Assembly: GCA_017529005.1 (NCBI GenBank)
Contig: JAFXOB010000225.1
Span: 1 to 50,940 of the forward strand
Length of the DNA: 50,940 nt
Direction of reading: 5' to 3'
From: Elusimicrobiota bacterium
GTDB taxonomy: Bacteria; Elusimicrobiota; Endomicrobiia; Endomicrobiales; Endomicrobiaceae
A program made the translations under genes and the position numbers. Shown one piece after another: positions 44,767 to 50,940 of the stretch. How positions within the stretch are numbered: the stretch's first letter is position 1; each line of letters begins with the position of its first letter. The notes below the pieces were generated by a model, which was not told the origin of the DNA, made no database searches, and was given only the letters and a program-made list of their open reading frames with translations.

Positions 44767-45412
44767 TTTTTGATATTCCGATTTTTATTGCCATATCCAA
44801 AATTTCTTTTAATGCAGAAATTGAATATTCCATTTCAACTACAAAATTATCTATAGCTTTTGTAAAAAAATTATATGCCGCAACGGCAGGAATTGCAACG
44901 GATAAACCTGCAGCAGTTGCAATTAAAGATTCCGAAACACCGCCGATAACAACGGAAATACCTCCGGAACCTGCCAAAGAAATATCATGAAAGGAACGAA
45001 TGATACCTAAAACAGTTCCAAATAATCCTATATACACGGATACGGCACCTATAGTAGCAAGAATCGTAGTATATTTTTCTAATTTTACCGTTTCTTTTGT
45101 AATCGTTCGTCTCATAGAATCTTCAACATTAGAATCACCAAAATCGGAAAATCTAATAAGTCCGGCTATGATTGTATTAGATACCGGAGTATTCAATAAT
45201 TGACAATAATCCAAAATGCCGGTAATAGAACCTTTCATCAACGAATTTTTTATTTTTGTCAATAACTTATCTGTTTTTATCTTTGACTTTCTCTTAAATT
45301 CAATAATTTTCAATAATATTATCGAAACAGATAATATAGATAATGCAAATAAAAGATATAATGTCCAACCGCCGATAGCCAAAATTTCAAAAAAGCTTTT
45401 CCCTTCAAACAT
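44756..45412 (-). CDS. tolQ: TolQ / ExbB / MotA-family proton channel
   Basis: Three TM segments. Conserved C-terminal region GLFGTVLGIIRSF...ESLIATAAGLSVAIPAVAAYNFF. Confidence 0.8.
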   Translation of the reverse strand: MFEGKSFFEILAIGGWTLYLLFALSILSVSIILLKIIEFKRKSKIKTDKLLTKIKNSLMKGSITGILDYCQLLNTPVSNTIIAGLIRFSDFGDSNVEDSMRRTITKETVKLEKYTTILATIGAVSVYIGLFGTVLGIIRSFHDISLAGSGGISVVIGGVSESLIATAAGLSVAIPAVAAYNFFTKAIDNFVVEMEYSISALKEILDMAIKIGISKNGK

Positions 45413-45439
45413 AATTATTAAATTCCTTTTTATAAACTA

Positions 45440-46735
45440 TTATAATCCATATGACCATGTGGGAGTAAAAGATTCACCGGATATATCTACAAGTTTTCTG
45501 ACTCCCGATCCATCCATACCCATAATATAAATTTCACTCTTACCTGAACGAGTTGAAGAAAAAGCAATGAATCGTCCGTCTTGTGACCAACAAGGATTTT
45601 CATTACTTCCCTGTCCCTCGGTAAGTCTTATAATTCTTTGTTTTGGTAAATCATATAAAAATATATCGAAAGTTCCGTCATATTTCATTGTAAATGCTAT
45701 TTTATCTCCTTTTGGTGACCACATAGGAGAATCACAATTACCTTTAGTTGACAATCTTCTTAGATTTACACCGTCAATGTCCATTATGTAAATTTGAGGA
45801 TATCCTGCTCTATCCGATATAAAAACAATTTCCTTACCGCTTGGAGAAAAAGAAGGACTTGTATCTATATACCTGCCTTCCGTTAATCTTCTTATAACGA
45901 CTCCGCTGCTGTCCAACAGATATAAATTAGGATAAACACCTCTTGACAATGTTGCAACCATTGTTTTTCTGTCCGGAGAAAAAGTTGTAGGAGAATTTAA
46001 TCCTTGAATCGTAGATAAAGCTTTTCTTTTATTTTTTGCAATATCCAAAATAAATAAATCCGGATTGTTATACAAATAAGATGTATATATTATTTGAGGA
46101 CTGTTAGGCACCCATTTAGGCAAAACATTAAGTCTGTTGTCTTTCGTTAATCTTCTTAAATTATAACCGTCATAATCCACAAGATATATTTCTTTAAACT
46201 TTGTATTATTGTTTATAAAAGCTATTTTTGAACAAGCAACCCCTTCTTCACCTGTAAATCTCTTTACAACCTCATCATTTATTCTGTGAGCAATATATCT
46301 GTAATTATTAGCAGAACCGCTATATCTGTCTTCCCATATAAGTTGCTGACTTTCTATATCGTACAATTTAACATCAACAATAAGTTTTGTTTGATCTATT
46401 ATGGAAATTGTACCGGTTAATAATACCGAAACACCCTTTTCACTCCAATAGGAAAATTGTGAATCCAAATCAAACTTATAAGAAGAATTAGCAACGGCAA
46501 CATTGAAATGTCTTGATAATATTAAATCATTTTCAAGTGTTTCTTTAAAATCTCTCGACATATTCATTTCTTCAAAAAAACCGTTTTTTGGAACAAACTC
46601 GGAAAGTCCTATACTGGCCCTGCTGCCTGTACCTGACAAAGATAAATAAATATCGTTTTCTGCACAAACATATGAACAGAAAAAATTTAAAAATAAAAAC
46701 ACAACTAAAAATTTGTTAATGAAATTTAAATTCAA
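45440..46735 (-). CDS. tolB: TolB periplasmic beta-propeller protein
   Basis: Signal peptide, N-terminal TolB domain, then repeated ...SP.(F/W)SPDG(K/R).I(A/V)F.S.R.G...IY... blades. The start codon at 46735 is TTG, and there is no in-frame ATG before residue 57. Confidence 0.85.
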   Translation of the reverse strand: MNLNFINKFLVVFLFLNFFCSYVCAENDIYLSLSGTGSRASIGLSEFVPKNGFFEEMNMSRDFKETLENDLILSRHFNVAVANSSYKFDLDSQFSYWSEKGVSVLLTGTISIIDQTKLIVDVKLYDIESQQLIWEDRYSGSANNYRYIAHRINDEVVKRFTGEEGVACSKIAFINNNTKFKEIYLVDYDGYNLRRLTKDNRLNVLPKWVPNSPQIIYTSYLYNNPDLFILDIAKNKRKALSTIQGLNSPTTFSPDRKTMVATLSRGVYPNLYLLDSSGVVIRRLTEGRYIDTSPSFSPSGKEIVFISDRAGYPQIYIMDIDGVNLRRLSTKGNCDSPMWSPKGDKIAFTMKYDGTFDIFLYDLPKQRIIRLTEGQGSNENPCWSQDGRFIAFSSTRSGKSEIYIMGMDGSGVRKLVDISGESFTPTWSYGL

Positions 46736-47438
46736 AGTAAACTCCTAAATAATTATCTTCATAACTTGATGGTAATGGTGCAAACGGGCTCGCCAACTCT
46801 ATTGCTCTTATAGCATTTTGATCAAAATTTTGATCGGAAGAAGATTCTTTTACTTTTATATCGTAAACTGAACCGTCTCTTGCTATTTTAAAATAAATTA
46901 CGGCCCTATATGTAGATGTAACGCTCGACCACTGCCAATATTTACCAATTTTTTTTACTATCGTATTTGTATAATAAGAATATTTAAAATTCTTATTTTC
47001 CAACATTATGCCTTTATTTGAAGAAATAATTGAACTGCTGTTTTCAGCACTTTGCGGTTTTTCTTCTGCAGGTTTTTCTTCAACAACCTTTTCTTCAACA
47101 GGCTTTTCTTCTTTCTTCTCTTTTTCTTTATTCTTTACTACAATAGTATCTTTCTTTGCCGCTTTTTTCTTCTTTTTCTTCTTAACAACAGGTTTTTCTT
47201 CCACAGGTTTTATTTCTTCTACCGGTTTTTGCTCTTCTACGGGCTTAACAACCTCTTTCGGTTCAACCGATTCCGGCACCTTTGTTTGAACCGGAGAATA
47301 AAAAGAAACTTCAAAAGGAACCTGTATAAAAACATGTTTTTTACTATTCTTGTAAAAAATAGCAAAAAAAACCAAACTATGAATGACTATTGATAAAACA
47401 ATACAAGGAACTAAACTAAAACTATTTATTCTTCTCAT
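46716..47438 (-). CDS. tolA: TolA / TonB-type energy transducer
   Basis: N-terminal TM, a Pro/Glu/Lys linker with KPVEE repeats plus K7, and a C-terminal TonB_C/TolA_III-like domain (YRAVIYFKIARDGSVYDIKV...AIRAIELASPFAPLP). It sits between cpoB and tolB. Confidence 0.65.
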   Translation of the reverse strand: MRRINSFSLVPCIVLSIVIHSLVFFAIFYKNSKKHVFIQVPFEVSFYSPVQTKVPESVEPKEVVKPVEEQKPVEEIKPVEEKPVVKKKKKKKAAKKDTIVVKNKEKEKKEEKPVEEKVVEEKPAEEKPQSAENSSSIISSNKGIMLENKNFKYSYYTNTIVKKIGKYWQWSSVTSTYRAVIYFKIARDGSVYDIKVKESSSDQNFDQNAIRAIELASPFAPLPSSYEDNYLGVYFEFKFH

Positions 47439-48111
47439 TTGTATAAATTTTTATTTTTTCTTTTGCCGTAAAAGCTTCAGCACTTTTCGGATAATCTTTT
47501 ATTATAGATTGCAAAACGACAATAGAATCTTCTTTTTTCCCCAATTGTTCCAAACATAAAGCCATCTTCAATCTTGCAGAAGATAAAAACTCTGAATCAG
47601 AATATAATTCTCCGATTTTCTTGTACTCTTCATAAGCTTCGGCAAATTTGTTTTGAGAATACATAGCCTCTGCAATATAATACTGAGCCTGTACAGCCAA
47701 ATCATGATCTTTATATTGTTTCAAAAAAGATTTAAAACCCACTATAGCGACTTCATATTTACCCATCAAAAAATCGTTATACGCATTTTCATATAATTTA
47801 GAAGGAAGCGGTACATTTTTAGCATTATCATTTTTTTGGTTTTTAACGGTTACTTCAAGATCTTTTAAATCTTGAGATATCTTTGCCATTTTTTTATATA
47901 ATTCCTGAATTGATGCATTTGCAGTATCCGTATTTACTAAATTTTCTTCAAATTTAGAATATACCTCTGCTTGTTTTGTTTCTAAACTTGCACATTTTAT
48001 TTGAAGTTTAGAAACTTCTTTTTTCAATTCATCAATACTGGACTGCGATGTTGTCGCAGCACAACCGCAAAACATAAACAACGGTAATAATAAAACTATT
48101 TTTTTATTCAT
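47422..48111 (-). CDS. cpoB: CpoB (YbgF) coiled-coil + TPR protein
   Basis: Lipobox-like FCGC, an N-terminal coiled coil and C-terminal TPR repeats (YNDFLMGKYEVAIVGFKSFL..., AQYYIAEAMYSQNKFAEAYEEY...). It is adjacent to pal. Confidence 0.75.
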   Translation of the reverse strand: MNKKIVLLLPLFMFCGCAATTSQSSIDELKKEVSKLQIKCASLETKQAEVYSKFEENLVNTDTANASIQELYKKMAKISQDLKDLEVTVKNQKNDNAKNVPLPSKLYENAYNDFLMGKYEVAIVGFKSFLKQYKDHDLAVQAQYYIAEAMYSQNKFAEAYEEYKKIGELYSDSEFLSSARLKMALCLEQLGKKEDSIVVLQSIIKDYPKSAEAFTAKEKIKIYTNEKNK

Positions 48112-48119
48112 TTATCAAT

Positions 48120-48650
48120 CTATCTTATAACTTTTGTTTCTGCTCTTCTGTTTTTTGCCCAACCGGCTTCATTATGTCTGTTATCTTGAGGCATTTCTTC
48201 ACCATAAGATATCGTAGCTATTCTATTAGGAGCAATTCCCAATTGAACATAATATTCTTTTACTTTTACAGCTCTTTTTTGTCCTAATGCCAAATTATAT
48301 TCAATCGTTCCTCTTTCATCACAATGTCCTTCAACAACAACATTTAAATTAGGATTTGCTTTTAAATATTTTACATTTTCTTTTAATATTCTTAATACAT
48401 TATCCGGAATTTTGCTGCTGTCAAAAGAAAAATATACTGTTCCTAAAGAAATTTTTTGTTCAAATTCAACTCCTCTCAAAGATGGTTCTTTAGAAAATTC
48501 TTCCGGCTCCAATAAAGCAGAATCCAAATCGGAAATTTGCTCTACTTGATCTTGATATTCTTCATCTTCCGGTGCAACGGTTTGTTTTTTTGCACAAGAA
48601 CTAACAACTAAACATAAAAATAGAAAAGCAATTACTAAATAATTTTTCAT
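48120..48650 (-). CDS. pal: Peptidoglycan-associated lipoprotein Pal (OmpA_C domain)
   Basis: Lipobox VVSSC. OmpA-like domain (VYFSFDSSKI..., VVEGHCDERGTIEYNLALGQKRAVKV, NRRAETKV). AGGAG lies 7 nt before ATG 48650. The track extension to 48698 overlaps the promoter. Confidence 0.85.
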   Translation of the reverse strand: MKNYLVIAFLFLCLVVSSCAKKQTVAPEDEEYQDQVEQISDLDSALLEPEEFSKEPSLRGVEFEQKISLGTVYFSFDSSKIPDNVLRILKENVKYLKANPNLNVVVEGHCDERGTIEYNLALGQKRAVKVKEYYVQLGIAPNRIATISYGEEMPQDNRHNEAGWAKNRRAETKVIR

Positions 48651-48696
48651 TACATCGCTCCTATAACTAAATTTTATACATTTTATATTGAGTATC

Positions 48697-48726
48697 ATTA
48701 TATATAATAAGTTTATTTATTGTCAA
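48697..48726 (-). promoter_or_regulatory. Sigma70-like promoter of the pal-cpoB-tolA-tolB-tolQ-tolR operon
   Basis: On the minus strand: TTGACA (48726-48721), 18 nt spacer, TATAAT (48702-48697). Confidence 0.55.
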
Positions 48727-48753
48727 ACTTTTTAGCAACACAAATTCGTATTT

Positions 48754-50406
48754 CTAAAAAACAAATTTATTATCATTTTTTAATATGTTTTTTATATAAA
48801 CTTTCTTAAATTTTGTTTGTATATCATCATTTGGCATATCAATATATAAAGAATCTATTTTATCTATTCCCTGTGCCAACAAATATTGTTCCAAATTATT
48901 AAAATAAAATTTATCTTTCTTTATTTCTTTAAACATAATAATATTTTTATTTCCGTTTTCTTTCATATGAACAGTTATGTTCTTCTTTCCTTCAAAAATT
49001 TTAGTAAATGTTTTTTGTTCAAAAGGATTTATAAACATAAAACAAATAAAAATAAATAAAAAACCAAGTATTTTTTTATTTTTAAATTCCAACATGATAT
49101 AAATTGAAAAATAATAAAAAATTATCATTACAATACACGGAACGGCAAAAAAAGCTACAGAATAATCAAGACTTGCCGAATAATTTATAATATACAGAAT
49201 CAGTTTTAAAAGCCGGGATAATAACAAAGATACCGATAATGAAACATAATAAGATATAAATGTTGATACATAAAACACAAAAAACAAGACAATAATTACG
49301 GGAATTATCGGAACTATAATCAAATTTAAAACGAAAGATATAACCGATAATTTACCAAAATAAAAAATAAGTAACGGTATAAGCGCTATTTGCGCCGATA
49401 TTGTAACGCAAGAGATATCCCAAACATATCTAACATATTTGTTCTTTATTTTGCCAAAACACATACTAAACTTGGGATACAAATATAACAGTCCTAATGT
49501 TGCAAAAAAAGAAAGCTGAAAACTTGCGGTAAACAAACTTTGCGGATTAAATATTAATATTATTAAAGCAGCTAAAGCCAATGCATTATAAATTAACGGT
49601 TCCCTGTTAAGTATAAGAGAAAACAGCAAACATGTTACCATTATTGCCGCTCTTATTGCAGGCGGATTAGAACCTGTCAATAAAACATAAAAGAATACCG
49701 TAGGTATTGTTAAAAGATAAACATAATTTAATTTTAAACCCATTAATTTAAAAACAAACATAAATACTGCAACACAAAAACCTATATGAAGTCCGCTTAT
49801 AACAAGAATATGCATAAGTCCCGTATTAATAAAATCCTCTTTTATATCTTTATCAAGAGCTGATTTTGAACCGATAATCATAGATTTTAACACGGAACTG
49901 ACCGGAGCTCTGAAATATTTATCTGTTTTATTTTCTATATTATTTTTCACTTTGAAAGAAACTTGTTTTATTTTGTTTGGTTTTTTATCGATAAGTTCAA
50001 AATTTGGTTGATAAAAAATCGTATAAATATGGTCTCGTTGAAGATATAAATTATAATTGAAAATATAAGGAAACACCGGTTTTTCGGGAATATTCAGTTT
50101 CCCGGATACAAAAACAATATCACCGTATTCTATTTTATATGCCGTTGAAGCATAAACCAATGTTTTTTCTTTTTTTATTTTTTTCCCGTTTAAATCAAAA
50201 ACTTCCAAAACAAATTGTTGCTTATCTTCTTTTTGCATGGGTTCGGTTATTACTTTACCGGTAAGTTCTGCCGATTTTAAAACGTTGTTTATCAAAACGC
50301 TATTATTTTCAGGTAAAAAATACCCGCAATAATTTAAAATTACTATTACGAAAATATATATAATTAAAATTGATATTACGGGACGGTTAAATATTATTTG
50401 TTTCAT
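48754..50406 (-). CDS. comEC: ComEC/Rec2 DNA internalisation channel (no recognisable metallo-beta-lactamase nuclease domain)
   Basis: N-terminal OB-like DUF4131 region, competence domain (TGLMHILVISGLHIGF) and about 10 TM segments. The 85-aa C-terminal tail has no HxHxDH motif. Confidence 0.8.
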   Translation of the reverse strand: MKQIIFNRPVISILIIYIFVIVILNYCGYFLPENNSVLINNVLKSAELTGKVITEPMQKEDKQQFVLEVFDLNGKKIKKEKTLVYASTAYKIEYGDIVFVSGKLNIPEKPVFPYIFNYNLYLQRDHIYTIFYQPNFELIDKKPNKIKQVSFKVKNNIENKTDKYFRAPVSSVLKSMIIGSKSALDKDIKEDFINTGLMHILVISGLHIGFCVAVFMFVFKLMGLKLNYVYLLTIPTVFFYVLLTGSNPPAIRAAIMVTCLLFSLILNREPLIYNALALAALIILIFNPQSLFTASFQLSFFATLGLLYLYPKFSMCFGKIKNKYVRYVWDISCVTISAQIALIPLLIFYFGKLSVISFVLNLIIVPIIPVIIVLFFVFYVSTFISYYVSLSVSLLLSRLLKLILYIINYSASLDYSVAFFAVPCIVMIIFYYFSIYIMLEFKNKKILGFLFIFICFMFINPFEQKTFTKIFEGKKNITVHMKENGNKNIIMFKEIKKDKFYFNNLEQYLLAQGIDKIDSLYIDMPNDDIQTKFKKVYIKNILKNDNKFVF

Positions 50407-50920
50407 TTGTTAATTTTTGTAAATATTCCTTATATTCTTTCGTATAAGGTTCTTTTTCAACCGCAAGCTTTGCACATTTTAATGCTTTGTCCGTTTCATT
50501 ATAATATAAAAATATCTTACTTAAATATTCATAGGACAAAGCAACGGATATATTTTGTTTTATGGATTCTATAAATAAAAATTTAGCATCTTCATATTTT
50601 TTTTCTTCAAACAAAAGAATTGCAAAATTCGAAACATATAAGTTGTAATTATATTCCATTATCTTTTTCATCAATTCTTCCGCTTTTTCAAAATTGCCTT
50701 GTTCAAATTCAATATAAGCTTTAAATAAACATGCAACATGATAATTCGGTGCATCATTATATGCATTATTCCAATAAATATGTTCGTTTATATATTTGTC
50801 CGCTTTAATATTTGATAAAAAGAAAAATACTATTAATAAGCAACAAGAAAAACATATTGTAATTTTTTTTGATATATTAAATTTGTTTAAAATTTTATCA
50901 ACTAATTCACATAATATCAT
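50387..50920 (-). CDS. TPR-repeat membrane-anchored protein (may be 5'-incomplete)
   Basis: One TM segment (ITICFSCCLLIVFFFL) and TPR-like units (YIEFEQGNFEKAEELMKK, EEKKYEDAKFLFIE, NETDKALKCAKLAVE). The frame stays open upstream of ATG 50920 to the window edge. Confidence 0.6.
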   Translation of the reverse strand: MILCELVDKILNKFNISKKITICFSCCLLIVFFFLSNIKADKYINEHIYWNNAYNDAPNYHVACLFKAYIEFEQGNFEKAEELMKKIMEYNYNLYVSNFAILLFEEKKYEDAKFLFIESIKQNISVALSYEYLSKIFLYYNETDKALKCAKLAVEKEPYTKEYKEYLQKLTNETNNI

Positions 50921-50940
50921 AACAAAACCAAGTATCGGAA

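Noticed and set aside
47130-47200. Lys-run (K7) coding tract in the TolA-like gene as a slippery or phase-variable site
   Set aside because: The DNA is mixed AAG/AAA (on the + strand, CTT/TTT interspersed), not a long homopolymer. It is typical of a low-complexity linker.
47008-47393. Two + strand low-complexity ORFs (93 and 113 aa, Phe/Ser-rich)
   Set aside because: They are antisense shadows of the KPVEE/Lys-rich linker of the TolA-like gene, with compositional openness only.

Overview
Strongly AT-rich chromosomal window from a diderm (outer-membrane-bearing) bacterium. I cannot place it taxonomically from sequence alone. All functional calls rest on motifs and domain layouts I recognise by eye; no searches were run.

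Layout:
- 1-3634: the visible right-hand end of an integrated plasmid/phage-like element, with all genes on the + strand. It holds a partial ORF, a sigma70-like promoter, a 54-codon ORF missing from the track, a cluster of DnaA-box-like iterons, a Rep-like ORF and a large serine recombinase. The recombinase stop codon lies 9 nt inside tRNA-His.
- From 3.6 kb onward nearly everything is on the minus strand. In coordinate order: tRNA-His and tRNA-Arg, a CX5R phosphatase, hemW, tamB, ilvE, lolD plus a Lol-type permease, lysS, a small OMP, mazG, tRNA-Leu (+ strand), a UBA-like unknown, xerC, topA, dprA, a secreted ankyrin protein, an epimerase, an LTA-synthase-family transferase, PPi-dependent PFK, uvrA, nadB, a HAMP-only protein, panC and panB.
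- 33.7-50.9 kb is a cell-envelope block: a secreted unknown, the seven-gene operon described below, an ArnT-like GT-C transferase, a polytopic PHP phosphoesterase, a permuted Tol-Pal operon, comEC and a TPR protein.

Best candidate for an undescribed system: a promoter-to-terminator operon at 35154-41570 in which every product is exported. It encodes a 922-aa protein (unrecognised barrel-like region + Ig-like module + OmpA_C domain), four tandem CBM-like paralogs, a PGWGQ-motif membrane protein and a Big_2-like lipoprotein.

Other items worth a second look:
- an 8-bp-period CCTATAAC repeat family in three intergenic gaps;
- a roughly 110-nt rod-like inverted repeat upstream of uvrA;
- the GT-C/PHP gene pair;
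- a secreted ankyrin gene translationally coupled to dprA.

Several track ORFs begin at TTG or GTG, and I re-anchored them to better-supported ATG starts. No rRNA, CRISPR array or IS transposase was seen.
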